Assembly: GCA_963699545.1 (NCBI GenBank)
Contig: CAVOUE010000002.1
Coordinates: 1-64,000, forward strand
DNA length: 64,000 nt
Origin: Nitrospirota bacterium
GTDB taxonomy: Bacteria; Nitrospirota; Thermodesulfovibrionia; Thermodesulfovibrionales; UBA9159
Reading direction: 5' to 3'
Part shown: piece after piece, positions 18,803 to 28,959 of the stretch
Numbering within the stretch: position 1 is the stretch's first letter
How the letters are laid out: each line of letters opens with the position of its first letter
Position numbers and translations under genes: made by a program
The notes under the pieces: model-generated
What the model saw: only the letters and a program-made list of their open reading frames with translations
Databases searched by the model: none
Told to the model about the DNA's origin: nothing

Positions 18803-20572
18803 TCAGTTCTTCTTCTCTGCAGAGAGCGGGCCGGACTGCAGGATCGCGTTGCCCACCGCCACAAACGTATTGCGGCCGTAAGCAATTCCCCGAATATAAT
18901 AGAGCGGTCCCGCGCTTCTTAAAGTCCAGGAATCGCCGTCAGTGGACGTCAAGATCATCAAATTCTTCTGCTCACGCTCAAGAGGGGTGCCAACGACAAC
19001 AAACGTGCCTGCGCCAAAGGCCGCCGCCCTGAACTTAAAACCGGAGGTAACTTCCTTGTTCCCCCAGGTCAAGCCATCGGAAGAAGAAAGGACAGCGGCC
19101 CCCTGACTTCCGGCAACGAATGTGTCGCCTCCAAAAATGATCATGTCCAGGGTCTCTCTCACGCCGGAGATAATCGCTTTCCAGTTGTCGCCGTCAGCCG
19201 ATGACACCATGGTCCCCAAATATCCCACAGCGACAAATCTTCCTCCGCCATACGCCACCGCATCCAGATTGTTTATCGTATCGGATTTGACCGCCGTCCA
19301 CTTCAGCCCGTCCGGGGAAGTCAGGGCAGTCCCTTTGTCACCGACCACTAAAAAGCGTCCGCTTCCAAATACAATTCCGCTTAATCTTTCCGTTGTCCCG
19401 GAGCTTCCTTCTTTCCACTTCAGACCGTCTGAAGAGGTCAGTATCGTCCCTTTGTCGCCTATTGCCACAAAAATGCCGTTGCCGGAAGTCACCGCAGAAA
19501 AATTATTCACGGTGCCGGAATTCACCGGGGTCCATATTTCTCCGTCACGTGAGGTGAGCATGGTTCCCTTGTCCCCCACCGCGATAAAACGTTCCTTGTC
19601 GTAGACGATCCCGCGAAGGGCATAGAGGCTTCCCGAAGTCGTTTCTATCCAGTTGCCGCCGTCCTTCGATGTCAAAATGATACCGGGTTGACCCGCTATG
19701 ACAAAGGTATTGCCGCCGAATGTCATACCTTCCAGTGTTATCCCTTCCTGCCGGGAGGTACCCTGTGAATTCGCCGACGCCCATTCCACACCGTCCGGAG
19801 AAGTGAGGATCGTGCCGTATTCTCCCAATGCAACAAAGATGTTCTTCCCGTATGCTACTCCTTTCAGCCAGCGTCTTATGCCGGAAGCCCTCCGCGTCCA
19901 CTTTAAACCGTCCTGTGAGGTCATTATGGTGCCCCGGCCTCCGACGGTGACAAACGTCTTATCGCCATATGCCACAGCTCTCAGGCTTAGCATTGTTCCT
20001 ATGCTTCTCGATTCCCAGGCAGCTCCGTCCTTTGATACCAGGACAGTCCCGGCTCCTCCGACCGCAACGAATCTGTCTTCTCCGAATGCGACTCCGTCAA
20101 GCGATTGCGACGTCCCCGAGGTGCGGGTCGTCCATGTCTCGCCTTCCTGCGACGTGAGGACAACGCCTTTATCGCCTACGACCATAAAGAGGTCGCTGCC
20201 GAAAGCAACTCCGTTCATTTTCGCCGAGGTATTGGATGATCTGACCGTCCAGTTGTCCCCATCGGAGGAGGTCAATATCGCACCGCCGTCCCCGACAGCC
20301 ACAAAGGTATTCTTCCCAAAGGCTACTGCCCGAAGCCACTGGGAAGTTCCGGACCTTTTCAATGTCCATTCCTCTCCGTTTCGGGAGGTGAGTATCGTTC
20401 CCTTCTCCCCGACAACAACAAAAAGATTCCCTCCGTGTGCAGCGGCCTGCAAAGACAGGGGGTTCCTCAGATGCCACGTTTCGACAGGCTCCACGGCAGA
20501 GGCCCGGGCGGAAAAGACAACGAGTATGGCGATTACAGACAAAGAAAAGCTTTGCAGAGCATGCCTTTTCAT
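18803..20572 (-). CDS. Secreted BNR/YCF48-like beta-propeller repeat protein
   Basis: Signal peptide from MKRHAL, then about 14 repeats of the form LxGVAFGxxxFVAVGxxGTILTSxDGxxW. Confidence 0.8.
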   Translation of the reverse strand: MKRHALQSFSLSVIAILVVFSARASAVEPVETWHLRNPLSLQAAAHGGNLFVVVGEKGTILTSRNGEEWTLKRSGTSQWLRAVAFGKNTFVAVGDGGAILTSSDGDNWTVRSSNTSAKMNGVAFGSDLFMVVGDKGVVLTSQEGETWTTRTSGTSQSLDGVAFGEDRFVAVGGAGTVLVSKDGAAWESRSIGTMLSLRAVAYGDKTFVTVGGRGTIMTSQDGLKWTRRASGIRRWLKGVAYGKNIFVALGEYGTILTSPDGVEWASANSQGTSRQEGITLEGMTFGGNTFVIAGQPGIILTSKDGGNWIETTSGSLYALRGIVYDKERFIAVGDKGTMLTSRDGEIWTPVNSGTVNNFSAVTSGNGIFVAIGDKGTILTSSDGLKWKEGSSGTTERLSGIVFGSGRFLVVGDKGTALTSPDGLKWTAVKSDTINNLDAVAYGGGRFVAVGYLGTMVSSADGDNWKAIISGVRETLDMIIFGGDTFVAGSQGAAVLSSSDGLTWGNKEVTSGFKFRAAAFGAGTFVVVGTPLEREQKNLMILTSTDGDSWTLRSAGPLYYIRGIAYGRNTFVAVGNAILQSGPLSAEKKN

Positions 20573-20733
20573 AATTTCCTCCACCGTATTGTAATAGTTT
20601 TGGTCTGTATCAGGATCGAGCTTTACCGGACCCAATTGTGATATTTTAAATCAGACGAGGCAGATTTGTCGACTGCCCGCGTTCACGTTCGGGTCCGCTG
20701 TACAAAGCTCTCTTGCAGCTTTTATAATAACCT

Positions 20734-22314
20734 ATGTCTGAAGCCGTTCATTCCTCACTTAAGACAGCCGTGAAAGGCACTGCCCTTGTCTTTGCCGGAA
20801 TAGCGGTGAACCAGATGATCTGGTTTATCACGAAGCTTTTGATCGTAAGGAACCTGTCCAAAGAGGAGCTGGGCATCTATTCGCTGGTCGTGGGTATCGT
20901 CAGCATCGTTGCGATGATGGCGGGTGTGGGGCTTTGGGAAGGCTCGACCCGGTATATTTCTATATTCCTGGGACAGGGCAGGAAACAGAATGCTGACGCT
21001 GTTCAGCGGTCCTCTCTCAGGATAGGACTGATAACCGGCGCCGGGACTTGCGCCGTCATCTTCCTTCTTTCGGGCGTACTGTCCCGATACGTCTTCTACA
21101 AGCCCGAACTTTCCGTGCCGTTGATGGTGATGTCTTTCTTCATCCCGGCGTATGTCATAGCGATGGTCTTCACCTCCGTTCTGAGGGGGCACGGCAAAAT
21201 AGCCCCCAAGGTATATTTTCTGGACATAGGGCAGCCTGTTTTCTATCTTGTCCTCCTCTGCTTTATCTTACTTTTAGGTCTGCCCTTCATAAACATCATC
21301 TGCGCATATGTTTTTTCGATGGCGGCGATGTGCGTGCTGATTGCCATTTACGGATATCACAAGACGCGAGTAAACCCCCTTGCCTCCCTGGGAAGCGGCG
21401 GGTATGTCGGAGAACTGCTCAAATTCTCGATCCCTGTATTATCGATAGATGTCATGTTCCTGATCTTCCGGTCGGCGGATACGCTCATGCTCGGCAGATA
21501 CGGGTCTACTGAACAAGTTGGAGTCTACAGTGTGAGCGTCACCCTTGCGGCCTTTCTGATCCTTCCCCTTGAGGCCCTTTGGTATGTTTATATGCCGATA
21601 GCGGGCGAGCTCCATGCGCAGAACCGTTCCACTGATCTGGCCAGAACTTATAAGGTGCTGACCAAATGGGTCTTTTCTTTAATTCTTCCGGTTTTCTTCA
21701 TACTTTTCTTCTTCCCCGAAATGACCCTCGCCTTTCTCTTCGGCGAGAGGTTTGGAGATTCCGCTGCCCCCCTGCGGATCCTTTCCCTCGGCTACCTCTT
21801 CACCGCCTTCGTGGGGGCCAACAGCATGCTCCTCCTCGTGTTCGGGCTTTCGAAAGTGGTCATGAAGGTCTCTGCTGTGTGCGCCCTTCTGAATGTCCTG
21901 CTGAACTATGTCCTGATAAAACACGTCGGGCTCGGGATCAAAGGGGCTGCGCTCGCTACAATGGTCTCGTTAATTGCGGTCAGTTTAGGTTATTCCTTTG
22001 CCCTTTACCGTCACAACGGGATGCATCCCATTGCGTCCGGTTATCTGAAGCCTGTCATAGGGTCCGCGGCCGTCGGGATGGCGATATATGCTGCAGCCAA
22101 GAGCCTGCCGCTCAATTTCTGGATGCTCCCTGTCTACTTCCTCCTCTATATCTGCGGTTATTTCGTTTCGCTCGTGGTCACGCGCAGTCTCGATGCCGAG
22201 GATGTCTTCCTCTTCGGGGAGGTCATGAAGAGGACCGGGGTCTCGCCGGAGGTCACCAGGAATATTATAGGGAGGATATATAAGGGGAATATGGAGAAGA
22301 GCGATGTTTGCTGA
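20734..22314 (+). CDS. Wzx/MOP-family polysaccharide flippase
   Basis: Polytopic 526 aa with ELGIYSL, DTLMLG, VGVYS and GIKGAALAT. Confidence 0.88.
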   Translation: MSEAVHSSLKTAVKGTALVFAGIAVNQMIWFITKLLIVRNLSKEELGIYSLVVGIVSIVAMMAGVGLWEGSTRYISIFLGQGRKQNADAVQRSSLRIGLITGAGTCAVIFLLSGVLSRYVFYKPELSVPLMVMSFFIPAYVIAMVFTSVLRGHGKIAPKVYFLDIGQPVFYLVLLCFILLLGLPFINIICAYVFSMAAMCVLIAIYGYHKTRVNPLASLGSGGYVGELLKFSIPVLSIDVMFLIFRSADTLMLGRYGSTEQVGVYSVSVTLAAFLILPLEALWYVYMPIAGELHAQNRSTDLARTYKVLTKWVFSLILPVFFILFFFPEMTLAFLFGERFGDSAAPLRILSLGYLFTAFVGANSMLLLVFGLSKVVMKVSAVCALLNVLLNYVLIKHVGLGIKGAALATMVSLIAVSLGYSFALYRHNGMHPIASGYLKPVIGSAAVGMAIYAAAKSLPLNFWMLPVYFLLYICGYFVSLVVTRSLDAEDVFLFGEVMKRTGVSPEVTRNIIGRIYKGNMEKSDVC

Positions 22315-22341
22315 AAGAAACCGGGGCACATTTCTTGGGAT

Positions 22342-23208
22342 ATGCGCATGAGTATTATCGATAAACTTTATATCGGTCATAGGGCCTTAACCGCGCTGAT
22401 CAGAAATGAATTTCAATCAGCTATAGAAATAACGACTGTTTTTCCTTGCAGTAATTCCTGCAACTTTTGCCCGCAGGACAAGTGGCGTAATGCGTATAAA
22501 GGAAAAAGTCGTCTTACATATGAAGAATTCTGCAAGATTCTCGATAAAATCCCCAAGCATGTCCGTATAGACTTTTCCGGATTTTCAGAACCCTTTTTGA
22601 ACCGTGATTCCTCTCTCATGATGCTCCGGGCTTATGAGAGAGGATATAATGTCACCCTGTATACCACATTAGTTGGGTTCAGGCAGGAAGACCTGAATAT
22701 TATTAAAGACATTCGCTTCTCTGCATGCCAGCTCCACGTTCCGGATGATAACAATTTCAAGGTGCAGGATGAGGAAAAATGGCTTGAGGCATATAAACTG
22801 TTTGCAGGACATATTCATTATGACAGCGCCCTTTATTACCTTGGGTCTCTTTCCTCCAGACTCAAAAGTGAGGTGATCGGCGTGCGAAGTATCGATTCCG
22901 TTTTGACCCGTGCAAACAATGTCAATCCCGGAGTTGCTCTGCCTCTTCCCCGTCATAAAGGGGTCATCAAGTGCTGGTCATCGGGGAATCGATTCAATCA
23001 GAATGTAATGATGCCTAACGGTGACGTGTATCTTTGCTGTATGGATTGGTCATTGCAGCACAAACTTGGGAATTTGCTTGAACAATCCTATGAAGAGCTG
23101 CATAAGAGCAAAGAATATGGCACAGTGTGCCGCGGGATGAATGATGAATCTATTGAAACGGTCTGCCGGTATTGCGAAAGGAGCAAAAGCCGCTTTTATA
23201 AACTGTAA
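22342..23208 (+). CDS. Radical SAM protein with SPASM/twitch-like domain
   Basis: CSNSCNFC, GFSEP, NGDVYLCC and CRYC. Confidence 0.85.
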   Translation: MRMSIIDKLYIGHRALTALIRNEFQSAIEITTVFPCSNSCNFCPQDKWRNAYKGKSRLTYEEFCKILDKIPKHVRIDFSGFSEPFLNRDSSLMMLRAYERGYNVTLYTTLVGFRQEDLNIIKDIRFSACQLHVPDDNNFKVQDEEKWLEAYKLFAGHIHYDSALYYLGSLSSRLKSEVIGVRSIDSVLTRANNVNPGVALPLPRHKGVIKCWSSGNRFNQNVMMPNGDVYLCCMDWSLQHKLGNLLEQSYEELHKSKEYGTVCRGMNDESIETVCRYCERSKSRFYKL

Positions 23209-23293
23209 TAATATGATCAGGTCATTTGTTTCTTTGGCAGGAACTGGAAGACAGAAGTTGTTGAGGTGTATATGATAAATATTATCTGTAAGA

Positions 23294-23992
23294 GTGCTAT
23301 GCATGTTTAACAAGTTGATGAAACGCCTTGTCAGAGAAAAGGCCCCGGTAAATGTTCAGGACCTGACAAGAATACATCCGGTAAGCTCCAATTTCGGCTG
23401 GGAGCGTGGCACCCCCATAGATCGGTACTATATTGAAAATTTTTTCCGGGCGAATACTCAGAGCATCAGGGGACGGATTCTCGAAGTCGGCGGGGCTTAC
23501 TACAGCAGGCGTTTCGCCGGAGGAAAGGCCGAATCTTTTGAGGTACTGCATGCGACGCCGGAGAATAAAGCGGCTACTATGATCGGGGACCTGACCGACA
23601 CTGCGACTCTGCCGGAAAATTCATTCGACTGTTTTATCTGCGCGCAGACATTGCAGTACATATTTGATGTTCGCAAGGCGGTAGAGGGTGCCCATTATCT
23701 CCTTAAGCCCGGTGGCGTGTTGTTGGCTACAGTGCCGGGAATCAGCCAGATCAGCCGATATGATGCGCCGCGATACGGAGAATACTGGAGGTTCACGGCT
23801 GATTCGCTGCAACGGCTCTTCGAACCTGTATTTAGAGGAGGGCTCGAAATTAAAAGCTTCGGTAATGTTATGGCGGCAACTGCATTCTTACAAGGGATTG
23901 CTATTGAGGACCTGCCGGACCTGTCTTTGCTCGATAAGCATGATCCTGATTACCAGTTGCTGCTTACGATACGGGCGAGAAAGGCGTTGTAA
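23294..23992 (+). CDS. Class I SAM-dependent methyltransferase
   Basis: RGTPIDRYYIE, ILEVG, FDCFIC and LLKPGG. Confidence 0.85.
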   Translation: MLCMFNKLMKRLVREKAPVNVQDLTRIHPVSSNFGWERGTPIDRYYIENFFRANTQSIRGRILEVGGAYYSRRFAGGKAESFEVLHATPENKAATMIGDLTDTATLPENSFDCFICAQTLQYIFDVRKAVEGAHYLLKPGGVLLATVPGISQISRYDAPRYGEYWRFTADSLQRLFEPVFRGGLEIKSFGNVMAATAFLQGIAIEDLPDLSLLDKHDPDYQLLLTIRARKAL

Positions 23993-24979
23993 TGAACAGC
24001 ATGGCATTCCGTGCTGCCAGATACTTCTATACGAGCCCCCGAAAGCTAAAAAACAGGGTGCTAAACACGATCGATCACCCTGTTGTAACTTTACTCTATC
24101 ACCGGGTAAATACACTTGCCCCTGACCCGCATTTACTGACGGTGACTCCTGAGCATTTCCATGCGCATCTCAAATTCTTGAAAGACAACTTCCATATTGT
24201 CAGATTCGAAGAGGACTGGTCTGCTCTCAAGGGACCCGCTGTGGCGGTGACCTTCGACGACGGCTATGCAGACAATGCGCTGGAAGCGCTGCCTGTTCTG
24301 GAAGCAGTAGGTGCGCCTGCCACTTTTTTTATCAGCACAGGAGTTGTCGATGCCGGACAGGTGTTCTGGTGGGATGAACTTGAGCGTATTGTTCTTGGAA
24401 ACTGGCCCTGTTCCGAAAGTTTCGAGCTGGATGACAGCCGGTTCGGGAGGTCCTGGCCGACAGGCAGTGATTTGCAACGCAACCGTCTCTACAGGGACAT
24501 ATATCCGCTCATGAAAAAAATTGATTCCGGGCGGCGAAATTTCTGGCTTGTTCAGTTACGACAATGGGCACGGGCCAAGGAAGCAAGGAGTGAAGTCAAT
24601 CGGCCGATGACGCTCGATGAACTGCGGAGAACTTGGAAGGAGCCGCTGGGTTACCATCGGGGCCCATACTATAAGCCATCCGCAGTTGTCTTCTTTGTCG
24701 GCGGAAGAACAGCGGAAGGAAATCGAGGGCTCCAAAAAACAGATGGAATCCTGGTTGGGACGGAAGGTCGCGGTGTTTTCCTATCCCTTCGGCTGCAGAC
24801 GCGACTACACACAACAGACTGTGCGTATTTGCAAGGAAGCGGGTTTTTCCAAGGCTGCCGTCGCTTTCTCCGGGCAGGCGCACAAGTGGACAGACCCGTT
24901 TCAGATCCCCCGTCAGCAGGTTCGCAACTGGCCTGTTTCACAGTTCAGCAAGGAGGTGCGATCGTTTTGGACCCTATGA
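23992..24979 (+). CDS. Polysaccharide deacetylase (NodB-like), frameshift near 24628
   Basis: LLYHRV and VTFDDGY; the second frame has IGAHTISHP and FSYPFG. Confidence 0.85.
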
Positions 24980-25867
24980 TTAAGGTTAGCGTGATTATCC
25001 CGACGTATAATTATGCGAAATTTATTCCTGAGGCGATACGCAGCGTTCTGGACCAAACCTTTTGTGATTTTGAATTAATTATCGTGGATGACGGGTCAAC
25101 CGATGAAACCAGGGAAGTAATAAAACCATACCTTGATGACGCAAGGGTAAAATATGTTTATCAAGAGAATAAAGGTCTTTCCTCGGCGAGGAATTTGGGC
25201 ATAACGACGTCCCGTGGAGAATATATTGCCTTCCTCGACGCTGACGACCTATGGATGCCGGAAAAACTTCAAAAACAAGTGCCCCTGCTGGAGAGTAATC
25301 ATAAGGTCGCTCTTATATATAGTATGGCGGAACAGATTAACCATGAAGGCAAAGCCATGCCGCATTTATCGTGGCCCCATCCGGAAAACAGATACTTATG
25401 AAGACCTCCTTTACTGCAACTGGGTTGTTGGGTCCGGCTCATCGGTGCTTATAAGAAAAAGTGTTTTTTTTGAAGTTGGTTTATTCGATGAGAGTCTTAA
25501 GGCGCTGGAGGACCTCAATATGTGGATACGTATACTGCGTTACCGCAGGAGTGCTTATGTCAATGAAGCACTGGTAAAAATAAGAAGACATGGCGAAAGC
25601 ATGCAAAGTGATATAAAAAAAATGGAACAAAACCTTTTGCAGCACATTCAAAAAAGCATCGAAATGTTCCCCGAATTAAAAAAATTTGAGGGGAAAGCAG
25701 TTTTCCATGTATATGAAGGGCTTATGTTCCTGAGCTATATTTATAACAAGAAGAAAGAAATATTGAAATATTATTTCAAGGCAGGACGTTGCAGACCTTC
25801 CTTTTTCTATAAGAGCATTATAAGATTTATGGGAAAAACTTCGAAAGGACAGACGCATGTCTTATAA
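24976..25867 (+). CDS. Family 2 glycosyltransferase, frameshift near 25380
   Basis: VSVIIPTYN, VDDGSTD and FLDADD; the second frame has GLFDESL and EDLNMW. Confidence 0.85.
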
Positions 25868-26983
25868 ATGAGAATCCTCTATGTCATAGACCACCTGAGA
25901 GGTGGAGGGGCAGAGCAGCAGTTTATCAACATCGTTAATAACGTCAATGCTGAAAAATGTGTGTATCTTACTGAAGACCGGGGCATAAGGGTTGAGAACC
26001 TGGATAAGACCATTCCCTTAAAGGGAGGCTACGGGAAAAGGGTTTTCATGAAGTCAATTATCGAACTCAGGAAAATAATTGAATCTTACAGGCCCGATAT
26101 AGTCCATGCTTTCTTAATGTATTCTTGTTTCTTAACAGCATTAAGTAAAAGAATCTCAAAACATAAATTTCTGTTCATAGCCCAGGAATTTTCACCGCCC
26201 GATGAGATATTGAAAGAGGTCAAATGGGCAGTGCTTAAAAAAAACCTGCTGAAATTCAGTTACTCCTCAGCCGATAGGATATTGACGGTATCCAAGGCCT
26301 GTAACCAGAGCTTTGTCAATGATGGCTATGTTCGAGAGGAGGGGAAAGTTGAATTCATATATGACGGACTGGAACGTGAGAAATACTCCCTGTTGGAGCC
26401 GCGCGAGGTCATCCGGGAAAAGAAAGGCCTGTCAGCCCGGTATTTTTATATATCTTTTGTGGGGTCCCTTGTGCACAGGAAAGGGGTGGAATATCTTATT
26501 AAGGCTTTTATGAGTATAGACAACACAAGCCTTAGACTCATCATTGTGGGTGACGGGCCGAACGGAGATATCTTTAAGGACATGGCGAAGGGAGACAGTA
26601 GAATAGAGTTCCTCGGATATAAAAAGGACGCCGTTAGCTATATTAAGGCATCCGATCTCTTTATCCTGCCTTCTCTTTACGAAGGACTCCCCAATGTGGT
26701 TATAGAGGCAATGTCTGTGGGAACTCCTGTCATAGCGACAAATGTTTCAGGCATCCCTGAACTTATTGAGAATAATGTTAACGGACTACTTGTTCCCGCA
26801 AGGGACGCAGTGAGACTGAAGGACGCAGCTTTGGAACTTATAAACAGAAAAGAATTGTCTGCACGCTTTGCAAGGGAATCTATAAAGAAAGCTGCCTATT
26901 TTAATATGGATAGAATGATAAGAGATTATGAAAGTCTTTACAGGCGACTTCAGGATGAAAACCTGTTATCAAGGCAAAGTTGA
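25868..26983 (+). CDS. Family 4 glycosyltransferase
   Basis: GGGAEQ, KGVEYL and PSLYEGLPNVVIEAM. Confidence 0.9.
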   Translation: MRILYVIDHLRGGGAEQQFINIVNNVNAEKCVYLTEDRGIRVENLDKTIPLKGGYGKRVFMKSIIELRKIIESYRPDIVHAFLMYSCFLTALSKRISKHKFLFIAQEFSPPDEILKEVKWAVLKKNLLKFSYSSADRILTVSKACNQSFVNDGYVREEGKVEFIYDGLEREKYSLLEPREVIREKKGLSARYFYISFVGSLVHRKGVEYLIKAFMSIDNTSLRLIIVGDGPNGDIFKDMAKGDSRIEFLGYKKDAVSYIKASDLFILPSLYEGLPNVVIEAMSVGTPVIATNVSGIPELIENNVNGLLVPARDAVRLKDAALELINRKELSARFARESIKKAAYFNMDRMIRDYESLYRRLQDENLLSRQS

Positions 26984-28059
26984 AAATCTTACACCTTATC
27001 TATGACCACATCAGTAACCCCTGGGTCGGTGGCGGGGGCGCCTTCAGGGTGCGTGAACTGTACCGGAGGATGTCGGACCGCCACGAGATTACCGTCGTGT
27101 GCGGCAGGTATCCGGGCGCCGCGAATTACCGCGAAGACAATATCGACTATGAGTTCGTCGGGACCGATCGGAACAATTATATACTGAGTACCTTCTGTTT
27201 CGCGGCGAAGGCTGCAGCGTTCGTCAGGGTCAATGCCGGGAAGTACGACGTCATTGTGGAGGATTTCGCGCCGTACAATCCAGTGCTGTCCTTTATGTGG
27301 CACAAGAACGCGGTAATCCAGTTGCACCAGCTTGAGGGGCTCCGCCATCTGAGAAAATACTGGTTCTTTGGAATTCCTTTCTTTCTGATCGAGAAATTCT
27401 ATCCCCGCTCGTTCAAAAATGCATTGGCTGAATTGCCCGCGGCAAAGGAGAAGTTCGGCCTGCGGGGAAATGTCAGCATCCTTCCCAACGGATTTGATCC
27501 CCAACTCCTGAGCGTTGAGCCCGAAGAGAAAGATTATATGCTTTTTGTCGGACGCTTCCATATCGACCAAAAAGGGCTTGACATTCTTCGCGATGCGCTG
27601 CGTCTCGTTGCGGGAAGACTTGTGATTGTCGGAGCAGGAAAGGATGAAGAAAAAGTGAGGCAGCTCTTTAAGAGGTTCATCGTCGATGGCAGGGTGACAA
27701 TCACAGGGTTCATGAGGGGAAGGCAGAAAGCGGAGCTTCTCACAGGATGCACGTTCATCGTCATGCCATCGCGCTATGAAGGTCAGCCGTTGACCGTGAT
27801 CGAGGCCGCGGCCTGCAGCAAGCCGGTCATTGTGAGCGATATCCCTGAATTAAGATATGCGGTCGAGGCGGGGTTTGGTCTGTCCTTCAGGACAGGTGAT
27901 GCTGAAGACCTAGCTGAGAAGATGAATCTTCTCCTGAGTAATCCCTCCCAAAGGCAGGAAATGGGGAAGAAGGCAAGGGAATACGCACGGAATTTTACAT
28001 GGGATAAAATCGCGGAGGAATATGAGAAGTACTTGATGGAGATAGGGAAAAAAACCTGA
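26980..28059 (+). CDS. Family 4 glycosyltransferase
   Basis: QKGLD, PSRYEGQPLTVIEAAA and FTWDKIA. Confidence 0.9.
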   Translation: MKILHLIYDHISNPWVGGGGAFRVRELYRRMSDRHEITVVCGRYPGAANYREDNIDYEFVGTDRNNYILSTFCFAAKAAAFVRVNAGKYDVIVEDFAPYNPVLSFMWHKNAVIQLHQLEGLRHLRKYWFFGIPFFLIEKFYPRSFKNALAELPAAKEKFGLRGNVSILPNGFDPQLLSVEPEEKDYMLFVGRFHIDQKGLDILRDALRLVAGRLVIVGAGKDEEKVRQLFKRFIVDGRVTITGFMRGRQKAELLTGCTFIVMPSRYEGQPLTVIEAAACSKPVIVSDIPELRYAVEAGFGLSFRTGDAEDLAEKMNLLLSNPSQRQEMGKKAREYARNFTWDKIAEEYEKYLMEIGKKT

Positions 28060-28143
28060 AGAAAGTCGTTAACTGAAACGAAGGTCCCAGAGTTTTGACA
28101 TCAGCATGGTTTATGATGTAAGATGTAAGAAAAGGATAGCCCG

Positions 28144-28394
28144 ATGAATAGTATCAAACACAGGACGCAGATATCTCTTGAGGACTGGCAGTATCATATG
28201 CTGCTTGAGACTGTCAAAGAAGACAAAAAAGAGCCTCTCAAGTATCATCAGGGATTTATTGGCCGAAAAATTCAGCAAACTGCCCGCTGATAAAAAGCAG
28301 GACCCCTTGTTTGAACTGGTAGGCATAGGTTCAGGAGACGGTTCACCAGTAGCGAGAGAGCACGACAGATATCTTTACAGGCAAGAAGAAATGA
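28144..28394 (+). CDS. Putative ribbon-helix-helix antitoxin (appears frameshifted near 28210 and 28379)
   Basis: MNSIKHRTQISL, then SLSSIIRDLL and HDRYLY directly upstream of a PIN gene. Confidence 0.65.
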
Positions 28395-28792
28395 AGAGGG
28401 TGTTTGTCGATACGGGAGGATGGTATGCGCTCGTTGACAAAAGAGATCCTGATCACGAAAAAGCCACGGGTTTCCTCAGGGCGAATATCTTTCCCCTGAT
28501 TACTTCCAATTTTGTATTCGGTGAAACAGTTACACTCATCAGAATGAGGCTGGGCTGGACGATCGCGGCGGATTTCGGTAAGAAACTCAGGGAGAGCGGG
28601 TTTGTAAGCCTTGTCTCTTTGAGAGATGAGGACGAGGCGAAGGCATGGGAGATTTTTTTGAAATACAAAGATAAGGAATTCAGTTATACGGACTGTACGA
28701 GTTTTGCATTTATGGAGAGATTGCGGATTGAAACCGCATTCTCTTTTGACAGCCATTTCAAAGCGATGAAATTTAATGTTGTGGGATTATAA
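28391..28792 (+). CDS. vapC: PIN-domain toxin
   Basis: VFVDTGGW, ETVTL, SYTDCTSF and FSFDSHF. Confidence 0.88.
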   Translation: MKRVFVDTGGWYALVDKRDPDHEKATGFLRANIFPLITSNFVFGETVTLIRMRLGWTIAADFGKKLRESGFVSLVSLRDEDEAKAWEIFLKYKDKEFSYTDCTSFAFMERLRIETAFSFDSHFKAMKFNVVGL

Positions 28793-28801
28793 GAAGACGA
28801 G

Positions 28802-28945
28802 ATGTTGGTAAGCGAAAGGGGACAGATCGTCGTCCCAAAAAAGATAAGGGACTCCGTCCACATCGATAAAGGGGATGAATTGGAAATCGAGACGGCCGGT
28901 GCCGTTAAAGAAATAATCAAACTGGCCCCGCTGCTTTCAGCCTGA
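28802..28945 (+). CDS. Short AbrB/MazE/SpoVT-like DNA-binding protein, possibly a remnant
   Basis: Own translation: MLVSERGQIVVPKKIRDSVHIDKGDELEI (47 aa). Confidence 0.6.
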   Translation: MLVSERGQIVVPKKIRDSVHIDKGDELEIETAGAVKEIIKLAPLLSA

Positions 28946-28959
28946 TCGATCACCGTCAC

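Noticed and set aside
23992-25401. Deacetylase-GT2 fusion (469-aa ORF)
   Set aside because: A frameshift near 24628 explains it; the repaired deacetylase ends at an ATGA overlap with a separate GT2.
28178-28792. Antitoxin-toxin fusion protein
   Set aside because: Removing one base after HDRYLY gives GKKK* overlapping the toxin ATG, so it is most likely an indel artefact.
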